Origin: Acidithiobacillus sp.
GTDB taxonomy: Bacteria; Pseudomonadota; Gammaproteobacteria; Acidithiobacillales; Acidithiobacillaceae
DNA: 64,000 nt
Direction of reading: 5' to 3'
NCBI RefSeq assembly: GCF_027322205.1
Contig: NZ_DAHVHY010000001.1
Location: 11,060-75,059, forward strand
Shown: positions 39,588-48,936 of the stretch, piece by piece
How the letters are laid out: the number at the start of each line of letters is the position of its first letter
Numbering within the stretch: position 1 is the first letter of the stretch
Program-made: the position numbers and the translations under genes
The notes under the pieces: generated by a model
Database searches by the model: none
Told to the model about the DNA's origin: nothing
Seen by the model: only the letters and a program-made list of their open reading frames with translations

Positions 39588-39899
39588 ATATATTAAAAAT
39601 CAATGCTGTATTGAAAGCGCATTGTGATGGCGAAGTGACCAAAAGTCAACCGGTTCCCGCTGATCTCGGCCCTTCCCGAGGCTATCTCCGCTGGCCAAAC
39701 CCGCCACAGAGGATGGTGGACGGCACCTTATTCTGGGTTACAATCCCGAGGCCATGCTTGACGAGGGGGGGAGCATCGTCAGAAATGAGCAGAACGGTGT
39801 ACTCCTGGTCAACGCGTGCAGAGAGCAGCAAGGCACGCACACGATCGGCACGCCAGCGGAGTCTGACGTATAACGACAGTCAAAATGGAGATATAAAGA

Positions 39900-40163
39900 A
39901 TGCCCCTTACCCCGGAAGAAGTAGACTTGAGCCGTTTAATTATAAAATCCTTGAACCTGCCAATGGACCCTTTGCAGGTAGATCCTGAGGCCCCACTTTA
40001 TGGCGGCCCACTGGGCCTGGATTCTATCGACCTCCTGGAGCTTTCCATGGTCATCACCAAGAAATACGGGGTAATGTTATCTAGCGAAGGAGCCAATAAA
40101 ACAGAGATATTCAGTTGCTTAAGAACCCTCTGTCATTACGTACAAAATCATCAGGCGGACTAA
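39900..40163 (+). CDS. Acyl carrier protein (XanC-like)
   Basis: GLDSIDLLEL phosphopantetheine site; GGAG RBS. Confidence 0.92.
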   Translation: MPLTPEEVDLSRLIIKSLNLPMDPLQVDPEAPLYGGPLGLDSIDLLELSMVITKKYGVMLSSEGANKTEIFSCLRTLCHYVQNHQAD

Positions 40164-40196
40164 GCACAAGGCTTGCCCTGCACCAAACCACCGCGC

Positions 40197-42563
40197 TTAC
40201 AACGTCTGTTCTATTATTACTGTCCTTCGCTCAGCCAAGCTGGCAGAAAACAAAAGCGCCAATACCACGCCTGGTGCAACAGTGGCGCCGATCGCCTGAA
40301 GGACCGGGACGCCGGAGAACGCCAGAGGCGCAAAACCGATAAGCGTAGCCAGATTGGCAACAACCAGAGATACCAAAGTACGCGATGAGCCTTCGCCGTT
40401 CATCTGTCCACTACGATCAAAGAATAGTGCGTAGTTAGACCCCACCGCAACTATCAACATCAGTCCGATGAGGTTCAAAATATTCAACTCGATGCCCATC
40501 ACCACGAATCCGGCTGCCACCGAAAGTACCGCAGCAATTAATGGTAACATGATTCGAACAACGCGAATCACGGATCGAAAGACTACCAATAATAAAATAA
40601 TAATACCTAAAACACCGGTCAGAGAAAGCTTGAGGGCATTTCTGATATACCCGGAATAAAGCGTATTTGTGGCTCCGGAAATATCGACAAACATAACATC
40701 ATCAACATGGTGCTGCCTCATGACGGCCTGCACGGCCTCAGGGTTGATCTTACCGGATGATGGCGCCATAACCGGTAACAATACACTCCACTCCTGGCCC
40801 TGATGGACAAGCATACTGTCTACAATTTGCCGGATACCTGTTGGCAGCTCAGCATAAGTCAGTGGCGGCAGCCTCCGCTCCCGCTCTACCGCTTGGACAA
40901 ACGGGGAGAGCCGTGATGCTGACACTGGCAATCCGCGCAGCGCTTCTGCCAAACGCGCGGTCAGAATTTTTTTCGGAGGCAAGGCAGATATACGCTCCAC
41001 TTGCGATTCCACACCGGGCAAAAAACGAGTAGGGGTTTGAAAACCTCCGATAATGCCAGAGACTTGGAGTTGTTCTAACAGCGGGTCTATTTTACTGGCT
41101 TTTTCCAGCGCCCGATTACGGGTTGGTCCGGAAACCACTAGCAGATATCCTGCATCAGGTATTCCCATATCCTTACGCAACTTCGCATAGAGTAACTGAT
41201 CGGCTTTAGGAACCGGACTAAGTGCCGACAGCTCGTGACTCCAGATATGATCACGATGGACAACCAAAATGCCACTCGCAATAACTGTCAATGAAATAAC
41301 AACCCATCTTGCGGACGACAGCATACGCATAATGTCGACAAGAATACCACCCATCCGCTCGAAATCGCGCCGTTTAAAATGATGCAAGGGCAAGCTCGGC
41401 AATACAAAACGGGTAACACCCGCGGCGGTGAGTAGGCCGGCAATAGCATAGAGGCCGAGCTGTGCGAGCCCTGGCAGGTTAGAAAACAGCAGACTGGCAA
41501 AACCGGCCACTGAAGTGAACACGCCCAGCCTGATGATGGGCCAATATTTTTTGCTCCATAATTCCGCGCCGGCAGCCATTTCCCCGGCCTGCACGAAGAA
41601 ATAGATTGAATAATCTACCGCCTCCCCGATCAGCGCTGTGCCGAATCCCAAAGTGATATCATAAACCACCCCAAAACCTAAAGACACCGCAGCGATACCA
41701 ACGATAACACCAGACATCACGGGTACAAGGCTGAATGCCAGCACCGCCAGCGACCGGTAGACGAACAACAGCAACATAATAATTAATGTGCCACTTATCA
41801 GCGACATCAACTCTGCGGCATGGATGATCGTATCGCGCGCCGCCACAGAAATCACACCCACACCAGTCAACTGTAACCTGGTGTTTTGGCCAGAGCTCCC
41901 CATGTCCCTTTGCGCCAACCTGAATATCTTTTTTATAGTAGCTATCGCCTGTTGTTGTGCGTCACTATCCGATCCCGGAAATCGCGTCTGCAACACAAGC
42001 AATGCGCTATCTCCGGTCGACGATACCCACACACCATCCAGGACTCGCGGCTTCGCCATTCCACGCATCCCCTTGGCCATGCCAATCATGGCTCCAGTAG
42101 GGTCACTCGGGAAAAGCGCTAGCATTGCCTCACCGCCTGGAGTAGCCAGGTCATTGAGTGTCTTTTCTATCGCATCATGCAGACCTTTTACCGAAAATAG
42201 CTCCGGCTTGGTAGCTGCACTCAACAAATAGCGATGCGCGAACAGATAATTATATATTTTTGAATTAACGCCCGCATTCCCATTACTCACAAATTTAAAT
42301 TGGCTATTTTTACGGAGATCGAGAGCCATTCGCGCGGAAATACGCGCCCTTGCAGCGGCATCGCCGCCATTTATCGCCACTAAAATCTTGCGTGAGAGCA
42401 CACCATTACGCAACTGTTCGTTCAACAGCTCTTGCTGTGCGCTAGGTGATTTTGGCAAAAATTCGGATAGCGTCGACTCAAATTTTGTATTGATGATTAC
42501 GCCAATGGCGCCGATCAGTATCGCCAGCCACACTCCCAGAATCAACCACCGGAATTTTCTCAT
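40197..42563 (-). CDS. MMPL/RND-family lipid exporter (XanM-like)
   Basis: Two TM blocks with GEAVDYSIY and GSNYALFF, two large periplasmic loops. Confidence 0.88.
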   Translation of the reverse strand: MRKFRWLILGVWLAILIGAIGVIINTKFESTLSEFLPKSPSAQQELLNEQLRNGVLSRKILVAINGGDAAARARISARMALDLRKNSQFKFVSNGNAGVNSKIYNYLFAHRYLLSAATKPELFSVKGLHDAIEKTLNDLATPGGEAMLALFPSDPTGAMIGMAKGMRGMAKPRVLDGVWVSSTGDSALLVLQTRFPGSDSDAQQQAIATIKKIFRLAQRDMGSSGQNTRLQLTGVGVISVAARDTIIHAAELMSLISGTLIIMLLLFVYRSLAVLAFSLVPVMSGVIVGIAAVSLGFGVVYDITLGFGTALIGEAVDYSIYFFVQAGEMAAGAELWSKKYWPIIRLGVFTSVAGFASLLFSNLPGLAQLGLYAIAGLLTAAGVTRFVLPSLPLHHFKRRDFERMGGILVDIMRMLSSARWVVISLTVIASGILVVHRDHIWSHELSALSPVPKADQLLYAKLRKDMGIPDAGYLLVVSGPTRNRALEKASKIDPLLEQLQVSGIIGGFQTPTRFLPGVESQVERISALPPKKILTARLAEALRGLPVSASRLSPFVQAVERERRLPPLTYAELPTGIRQIVDSMLVHQGQEWSVLLPVMAPSSGKINPEAVQAVMRQHHVDDVMFVDISGATNTLYSGYIRNALKLSLTGVLGIIILLLVVFRSVIRVVRIMLPLIAAVLSVAAGFVVMGIELNILNLIGLMLIVAVGSNYALFFDRSGQMNGEGSSRTLVSLVVANLATLIGFAPLAFSGVPVLQAIGATVAPGVVLALLFSASLAERRTVIIEQTL

Positions 42564-43240
42564 GGAGTAGACGAATTTCTTATACTAATAAACGACCAAT
42601 CGTGATTTACTTTTACAATTTCAATACTGCGTACCATGTTCCCGATACCACTAACAGCGATATGCTTGATCTGCTTTGCAAACGCATTTTGCTTCGGCAC
42701 CAGAATTAACGTCCAGCTATTTTTGTTGCCTTTTAGGGAAAGCATAAAATGCGTCTCCAATAGCTCCGTATTTCCGGTCAACACCCCGCGAATACTATCG
42801 ACAAAAGCGAGCAGTTCCGGATGATCGTCCAATTGAATAGTATATTTATCCATGGTGAGAACATCGCCTTGCACCAGCATCACCTGATCTCTGGGTTTGA
42901 CGGTGTGCATTTCCAGCGTATCCGGTGCCACAAAGCGCATATTACCAGATGATTGTATTGGCTTATCCAAAAACCCAATATGTTTTGTCTCTACAAAAGA
43001 GGCATGGCTAGACTTCACCTGCGCCAACATATGCATTAACTCTGTTATGTTCCAGTCTGCCGCGGAGGCCGCTTGTGTTAGCATGGAGCCCCCGATGAAA
43101 AATGCGAGAACGGCACCAATGGCATATCGTCTGGGCAGATAGAATATTCGTCGAAGCAGTAGTGATCTGAGAAATAAAATGTTAATACCCGGCGCAGTGA
43201 CCGCGACCGGCGACTCCGGTTGAGCGCGCTCAATACTCAT
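42560..43240 (-). CDS. LolA-like periplasmic lipid carrier
   Basis: FVETKHIGFLDKPIQSSGNMRFVAPD, WTLILVPK; start uncertain but ATGA-coupled. Confidence 0.8.
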   Translation of the reverse strand: MSIERAQPESPVAVTAPGINILFLRSLLLRRIFYLPRRYAIGAVLAFFIGGSMLTQAASAADWNITELMHMLAQVKSSHASFVETKHIGFLDKPIQSSGNMRFVAPDTLEMHTVKPRDQVMLVQGDVLTMDKYTIQLDDHPELLAFVDSIRGVLTGNTELLETHFMLSLKGNKNSWTLILVPKQNAFAKQIKHIAVSGIGNMVRSIEIVKVNHDWSFISIRNSSTP

Positions 43241-44196
43241 TTTAAATGACCCTCTTTCACTTTAATATTATAATTATTTGCCCAAAAATCATAAAAGTTA
43301 AACCAATTATAAGGAGCCATATGGCAGTATTTTTCAACCTCATTGACATATTTTAACATCGCATCCTGAATAGCCTTGTCCCGATCCAGTTTCTCTACAG
43401 AAGAAAAATCGGCAATCTGCGTTATAAATATTTCATAGTGCCCTGGACCCGTATAAAGGCCGGCCATAAAATACAAAGGCCGATTGAGCAGCGCCGCAAT
43501 ACGAAAAGTGCCGCTCGGCCATGCGGCGGGCTCTCCGAGAAAAGGGATAACCCGCTTTTTCTCTGACCCGACAGACCGGTCACCGAGGAAACCAACCAAC
43601 GCACCCATTTCCAATTGCTCCTGAACACGCAGCATCGTGTCCCAGCGGCCTAACGGGATAATATTAGGCCGCTCTCCGGTTTTCATACTCGCCAGCGTGG
43701 CATTGAGTTTTTTTGCGTTATCCTCATACATAACCATCACCACTGGCACCCCAGGATACTTCAGGCCGACAGACCGCAATACCTCAAAGCTGCCCAGGTG
43801 CGCACCCACCAGCAGGGCACCACGCATATCGGCAATCGCCTGTTCCACGTCTTCGGACAAATGCGACTGGATAGTAAACGATGAATCATCATTACTGAGC
43901 AGATACACTCTATCGTGAATCGTCGTAGCAAACGTCAGGAAATGACGATAGATATCTCTGGCATCGGCGCGGCGCCCGAGAACGCGGGTAAGGTAGGCCC
44001 GGGAGGCAACCCGCGCAGCGGGCGCAAAAAGCATAAAATAGCCCGCAATCAAATACAACACCACACGACCAACAGTCCTTCCCATCTTTTTCGAAATCCA
44101 GATCATCAGGCGCAGCATAAATCGGCTTCCCCGCTCGGGGCTACTAAACCACTCGTTATCCGGCGATTGTTGAACCGTGCTGAACCGGTGAACCAT
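43237..44196 (-). CDS. LpxL-like lipid acyltransferase
   Basis: W..PERGS, GAHLGSFE, LGDR, PYNWFNFYDFW. Confidence 0.88.
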   Translation of the reverse strand: MVHRFSTVQQSPDNEWFSSPERGSRFMLRLMIWISKKMGRTVGRVVLYLIAGYFMLFAPAARVASRAYLTRVLGRRADARDIYRHFLTFATTIHDRVYLLSNDDSSFTIQSHLSEDVEQAIADMRGALLVGAHLGSFEVLRSVGLKYPGVPVVMVMYEDNAKKLNATLASMKTGERPNIIPLGRWDTMLRVQEQLEMGALVGFLGDRSVGSEKKRVIPFLGEPAAWPSGTFRIAALLNRPLYFMAGLYTGPGHYEIFITQIADFSSVEKLDRDKAIQDAMLKYVNEVEKYCHMAPYNWFNFYDFWANNYNIKVKEGHLK

Positions 44197-44198
44197 TA

Positions 44199-44528
44199 TT
44201 AGAGTCGCTCCAAAACATGCCCAGAGAAGTCGCCGGATGCGACCAGACGAGCGCCCGCATGGACTTCAAAGGTCATGGGCAGAGCATCTGCTACGAGCAC
44301 GCGAAGATTCAGCAATTCACCAGGTGCCGCCGTGCTGTAGAATTTCGCCGAGCTAATACTGCAATCATTTATCGGCAAATCTCCCGTTGCGGCTATAGCG
44401 CAAACAATCTCATCCAGAAGCAAGGCGGCGGGCACAATCGGATTTCCCGGAAAATGGCCAGCGAATACTGGGTGCCCAACCGGAATGGTAAACCTATGGT
44501 CATAATATTTCAGACGAACGCTCCTCAT
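44199..44528 (-). CDS. Hotdog-fold dehydratase subunit (ApeI-like)
   Basis: HPVFAGHFPGNPIVPAALLLDEI. Confidence 0.88.
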   Translation of the reverse strand: MRSVRLKYYDHRFTIPVGHPVFAGHFPGNPIVPAALLLDEIVCAIAATGDLPINDCSISSAKFYSTAAPGELLNLRVLVADALPMTFEVHAGARLVASGDFSGHVLERL

Positions 44529-45861
44529 TACCCATCAAAGCTTCGACCATTGCTTTTAAGGCTTCTCGTGAGATCTTACCGGTAGTGTTCCTAGGCAGGC
44601 TATCCACGATCTTTAGCGGGCGAGGAATAAACGCTGGATCCACACACTGCTTGAGCCGCTCAATTATTATTTCTACATCCATGTCCGGGGCCACCGCAAA
44701 TGCCACTAAACGTGTCACTCGCCCATCAGCACTTTCATCGGGCATAAAAAACACCCCATCCAGAACTCCGGAGACAGCTGTGAGCTGATGATTTAAATGT
44801 GAAATAGAACTACGTTTCCCTGCTATATTTACGAGATCCTCCATCCGCCCATATAACAGAAAATGTTGTTCATCCACTATTTCTACGGCGTCGCCAACCG
44901 CCATCGCCTGCTGCAAATGCCCGCCCTGTATCCTAATCCGATCACCCTTCGTCATCCACGACAACCCCGGGAGTAAATGCCATTCCTTCGTTTGGCTCGT
45001 GCGCCGCGTTGCCACTACGCCAGTTTCCGTAGAGCCATAAATTTCGAGCAGCTCGCCGCCAAAGCGGGCTTCTGCGCTTACCGCGAGATCCCGAGTTAGT
45101 GGTGCCGTGGCCGAAAGCAACAAATCCACACTTGGCAATGGCGTATCAGTAGCGAGCATAGAACGAAGGTGAACAGGAGTACTGATCAAAACGCGCGGTC
45201 GCGCTACTGAGGAAATCCCTGCATAGATATCCGCTGGGTAGAAATAGCGCTCCGTGGCGATTATACCAGCACATTGCCACAGCATAAGAATGGTAGATTC
45301 AAAGCCATACATATGCTGTGGTGGAACGGTACCTACCACCGTGTAGGTGCGGCCATCGAGCAAGCCCAGGCGCTGAGCCTCCGCCCGCACCGAATGCACG
45401 AGATCTCCCCATGTTTTAAGGTGAGGAACGGGTATTCCGGTCGACCCCGATGTAAACACGTAAGCCACCGGGAGCGATTCATCCAGGCGCGGAATAGTGG
45501 GTGAGCTATCGACAGGCGCATCTGGCAGAACAATCGGAAACGCCAGGTATGGGAAGCCCATATCATTCCCATCATCGCCAATGCAAAACAGGTCTGGCGC
45601 GAAATCGACTATTTTTTTAACACTTTCGGTGGTGTACGTGGAAGGCAGCAGGCTGGTTTTCCCGGCAACCATTGCCGCCGCGAGGCCTACCATGAAATGG
45701 TACCGATCCTGACAGGTATTCAGCAAATGCTGTCCAGGCCGGAGTAACTGTCGGATATGGTTCACATCAGCCAGGAATTGTCGCAGAGTGACACCTCGGC
45801 CTTGGCGAATGGCCACGGCATCATCCAGTGATTGATGCGTCATCATCGGGAGATAATTCAT
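44500..45861 (-). CDS. Aryl-AMP/acyl-ACP ligase (XanA2-like)
   Basis: FTSGSTGIPVPH, TVPPQHMYGFE, YGSTETG, GRMEDLVNIAGKR, LPRNTTGK. Confidence 0.88.
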   Translation of the reverse strand: MNYLPMMTHQSLDDAVAIRQGRGVTLRQFLADVNHIRQLLRPGQHLLNTCQDRYHFMVGLAAAMVAGKTSLLPSTYTTESVKKIVDFAPDLFCIGDDGNDMGFPYLAFPIVLPDAPVDSSPTIPRLDESLPVAYVFTSGSTGIPVPHLKTWGDLVHSVRAEAQRLGLLDGRTYTVVGTVPPQHMYGFESTILMLWQCAGIIATERYFYPADIYAGISSVARPRVLISTPVHLRSMLATDTPLPSVDLLLSATAPLTRDLAVSAEARFGGELLEIYGSTETGVVATRRTSQTKEWHLLPGLSWMTKGDRIRIQGGHLQQAMAVGDAVEIVDEQHFLLYGRMEDLVNIAGKRSSISHLNHQLTAVSGVLDGVFFMPDESADGRVTRLVAFAVAPDMDVEIIIERLKQCVDPAFIPRPLKIVDSLPRNTTGKISREALKAMVEALMGNEERSSEIL

Positions 45862-45908
45862 ACCTAGAAAAACCCCCTGTTTAAAAAATAAACATCATAA
45901 ATTCCAAA

Positions 45909-46670
45909 TCATGAATCCGATTTTATAATAGCAACGGATTGCCTGTCGGCAAAATAAGCCCGGACGCCAGCCCCCATACTGCCCCGCTCACTGATGGGGA
46001 TTTGGCGACAACGGACAGCGTATTCAATGATAAACATTAATGCAATCAATACGGTGCTAGTCGTACCGGAAATCAATACCCATACATGCTGCCCAAGGAT
46101 AAAAAATATTAAAAACAATAAAATTGCCAGCGCTGTAAAGAATAGTGTCCATGCCACCGTCACCTGGCGCGTATAGCGCGCCAGTCGTGCATTCAGTGGA
46201 CCATGCACCATCTCTGCAATCCGCGAGACGAGCGGTATGTGGCCGGAGCGCAAAGTGAGTCCGAAAGCAAATGCTAACAGGGTAAACAACGCACTCCGCT
46301 GCACCATACATATCCAGCCAATATAGTGCGCAATAGTCGCACTATTACGCCATATTATTACGCCAGAAATAGCAGCCAGCATAATCCAAAACGCCTTAAA
46401 GCGCGCGCATCCAGACACCAGAAATAGGGCAACAATAATGGGTGTAAATGCCGAAAGTACAACTAGTGCATTCGGATTTTTTGCAGAGATATCCACATAG
46501 GTGAGCATTTGATAGCCGATCAGGACAGACAGAAAAAGTACACCTTTCCAAAAAGCATGCACGCTGCCAGCGTTACGCCCCGTCGCCATCAACGCTGCAC
46601 CTTTATCAAGAAGAACTCCCACACCTTTTCTCCTTAAAAAATCGGCCATAAAATGGGGAAGGCGTATCAT
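45909..46670 (-). CDS. Integral membrane protein (COG4648-like) of aryl polyene clusters
   Basis: FGLTLRSGHIPLVSRIA..ARYTRQVTVAWTLFF..FIIEYAVR; start uncertain. Confidence 0.75.
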   Translation of the reverse strand: MIRLPHFMADFLRRKGVGVLLDKGAALMATGRNAGSVHAFWKGVLFLSVLIGYQMLTYVDISAKNPNALVVLSAFTPIIVALFLVSGCARFKAFWIMLAAISGVIIWRNSATIAHYIGWICMVQRSALFTLLAFAFGLTLRSGHIPLVSRIAEMVHGPLNARLARYTRQVTVAWTLFFTALAILLFLIFFILGQHVWVLISGTTSTVLIALMFIIEYAVRCRQIPISERGSMGAGVRAYFADRQSVAIIKSDS

Positions 46671-46729
46671 ATTGGCACGTTACAGCGCAGTTGTTTCAGA
46701 AAGTGATAATGATCCCGCCTGATTCTTTA

Positions 46730-47050
46730 TCACTTGGGAGGGGGCAGCGAACGATTATTCGCCGTACCGCGCCCCCGCAGGGCGCTCCAAAATTCGATCG
46801 CTCCACCCTTTGCCGCATGCCCAACGTCGACTGCAGTTTTCGCAATCCCAACACCAACCTCTTTCCCGACCTGACCGATTCTATGTGCGGTGGAACCAAG
46901 CGCGCGCCCGACATGCTGGGCTTCGCGCTTCAAAGGCACACCATTGGCGTACACCGCCACCGGGAACGCGAGGCTGATCACAAGCGTCAATAACGCGATG
47001 AACGCCATGTTCGTTTTAGTGGTGTTTTTGAACTGATGACATTTTCTCAT
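46730..47050 (-). CDS. Small secreted amphipathic hypothetical protein
   Basis: Signal peptide ending VYA, Gly/Ala/Val/His-rich helical repeats; GGGGTG RBS. Confidence 0.6.
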   Translation of the reverse strand: MRKCHQFKNTTKTNMAFIALLTLVISLAFPVAVYANGVPLKREAQHVGRALGSTAHRIGQVGKEVGVGIAKTAVDVGHAAKGGAIEFWSALRGRGTANNRSLPPPK

Positions 47051-47139
47051 AACACCCCCAAGCATTTCCTCAACGTCGCATGCTTGAACCTATAGACAAC
47101 TGGAGTTGCCCTAATCAAATTGCGCCGACCTCGTGCTCT

Positions 47140-48150
47140 TCAAAATGAGTCACGATGATATGCGACCACCCGCTCCACTTCATTCTTGGCACCCAGGATA
47201 ACGGGGACACGCTCATGCAAGCCCTGGGGGTCGATATCCAGGATCCGCGTCGTGCCGGTGCTGGCCGCACCACCTGCCTGTTCTATCAGATAGGACATGG
47301 GATTGGCCTCGTAGAGCAGACGTAGCTTGCCAGGCTTTTTCGGATCACGCTGATCAAAGGGATACAGGAAAATGCCGCCACGACACAGAATGCGATGCAC
47401 GTCCGCAACCATGGAGCCAACCCAGCGCATATTGAAATTGCGCTGACGAGGTCCATCCGTACCCTGATTGAGTTCGTCGATATAACGCTGCACCGGTTTC
47501 TGCCAGTGGCGATGGTTGCTCATGTTGATCGCATATTCGCTGGTGTCCTCGGGAATACGCATCTGGCTGTGGGTCAGCATATACTCACCGATGGAAGGAT
47601 CAAGGGTAAAGCCATTGACCCCGTAGCCGGTGCTATACACCAGCATATTGCTGGAGCCATAAAGGGCATAGCCCGCACAGACCTGCTCAACACCGGGTTG
47701 GAGGAAATCGGCGAGTTCCGCGTCACGCCCGGCCACTGGTGCCTTGAGGATGCTGAAAATGGTCCCGACGCTGATGCCGACGTCGGTATTGCTGGAACCA
47801 TCCAAAGGATCAAAAAGTAACAGATACTTGCCGCGCGGCACATTTTGGGGGATGGCGTAAGGGTCATCCATCTCCTCGGAGGCCATGCCGGCGAGATGAC
47901 CAGTCCAGTCCATGGACTTGAGAATGGCTTCGTTGGAGATGATATCCAGCTTTTTCTGGACTTCACCCTGCACGTTATCCGTCCCCGCACTACCCAACGC
48001 GCCCACCAAAGCACCGCGATACACCTGCGCGCCAATAAATTTGCAGGAAATGGTGAGATCATTGAGCAAACCGGCAAAGTCGCCAGAGGCGCCGGGATAG
48101 AGGCGCGTTTCTTCAATAATAAATTGACTGAGGGTGGTGCCGATATGCAT
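47140..48150 (-). CDS. fbp: Class 1 fructose-1,6-bisphosphatase
   Basis: [34 protein letters not shown]. Confidence 0.97.
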   Translation of the reverse strand: MHIGTTLSQFIIEETRLYPGASGDFAGLLNDLTISCKFIGAQVYRGALVGALGSAGTDNVQGEVQKKLDIISNEAILKSMDWTGHLAGMASEEMDDPYAIPQNVPRGKYLLLFDPLDGSSNTDVGISVGTIFSILKAPVAGRDAELADFLQPGVEQVCAGYALYGSSNMLVYSTGYGVNGFTLDPSIGEYMLTHSQMRIPEDTSEYAINMSNHRHWQKPVQRYIDELNQGTDGPRQRNFNMRWVGSMVADVHRILCRGGIFLYPFDQRDPKKPGKLRLLYEANPMSYLIEQAGGAASTGTTRILDIDPQGLHERVPVILGAKNEVERVVAYHRDSF

Positions 48151-48183
48151 GGTACGGTCCTTTACTGGAAGAGGATTAATCAT

Positions 48184-48936
48184 CTAGAGAGCGCTGAGGC
48201 CCAGTCTGAATTCTACTGTGGATTCTACCGCGCGCGCTGTTCCCTGGTCCAACCATTGCAGTAACTGAATATGAAAGCGGTGAATCCCCCCACTGATTTT
48301 CGGATAATAATCGGCTTGATCTGTCAATTCCAGGCGAATCAGAGAGGGCGGACGGCGAGCATCCAATGGTGCGCCGTAACGCCCCTCCGGTGCTTTCACC
48401 ATCAACCATGTGCAGGAGTCGCGCAGTAAGGCGAGAATCAGATCAGTGCTATGCTGTAGAATCTCCAAGCTGTTCTGCCAGCTATTCAGAAGTCTGTGGA
48501 TACGCGCGGGGGTTTGCTGGTTCCAGAACGCCAGCACGGGCAGATCACAGTCCGCGAGGCCCCCGGCTACGCCCAACCGGCCGCGCGCGAGCTGGATGAT
48601 TTCCTGATGGCGCAACAATTGGCCGAAAGGTTCACGGTGCTCGCGCAGCACTTTGAGCTGTTGGTCTATGCGAAATTGCCAGGCGCGCAAAGGAGCCTCA
48701 TCAACCTCAGGGCTTTGCGCCCAGACGGCGAGGCTCTGCCCAAGCCGTTCCAGTTCCAGAATGACATCAAGGCGCAACTCCGGGCGGCTGCAAAAATCAA
48801 GCAGTTCATTGTAAGGACGCAGGGCATCGCGCAGATTGGTCGTGTTCGCAATTTCTTGCTGCATCTGTGCGAAGATGCTCTCCAAGCGCAGCAAAAGGCG
48901 TGCGCGTTCATGGAGTGGGTGTTCATAAACGGCCAT
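48184..48936 (-). CDS. zapD: Cell division protein ZapD
   Basis: YEHPLHERARLLLRLE, GGLADCDLP, YYPKISGG; follows coaE. Confidence 0.9.
   Translation of the reverse strand: MAVYEHPLHERARLLLRLESIFAQMQQEIANTTNLRDALRPYNELLDFCSRPELRLDVILELERLGQSLAVWAQSPEVDEAPLRAWQFRIDQQLKVLREHREPFGQLLRHQEIIQLARGRLGVAGGLADCDLPVLAFWNQQTPARIHRLLNSWQNSLEILQHSTDLILALLRDSCTWLMVKAPEGRYGAPLDARRPPSLIRLELTDQADYYPKISGGIHRFHIQLLQWLDQGTARAVESTVEFRLGLSAL

Larger units (their letters stand above)
28756..47101. other. Lower-GC genomic island carrying an aryl-polyene/xanthomonadin-like biosynthetic cluster
   Basis: Spot counts of 60-nt lines: 42-55% GC inside (lines 30241, 35401, 41821) vs 67-68% outside (lines 8401, 19981); accessory gene content; boundaries approximate. 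Confidence 0.8.

Noticed and set aside
28690-47140. Integrase, transposase, tRNA or IS inverted repeats at the island edges
   Set aside because: None recognisable, so the island is not called a mobile element
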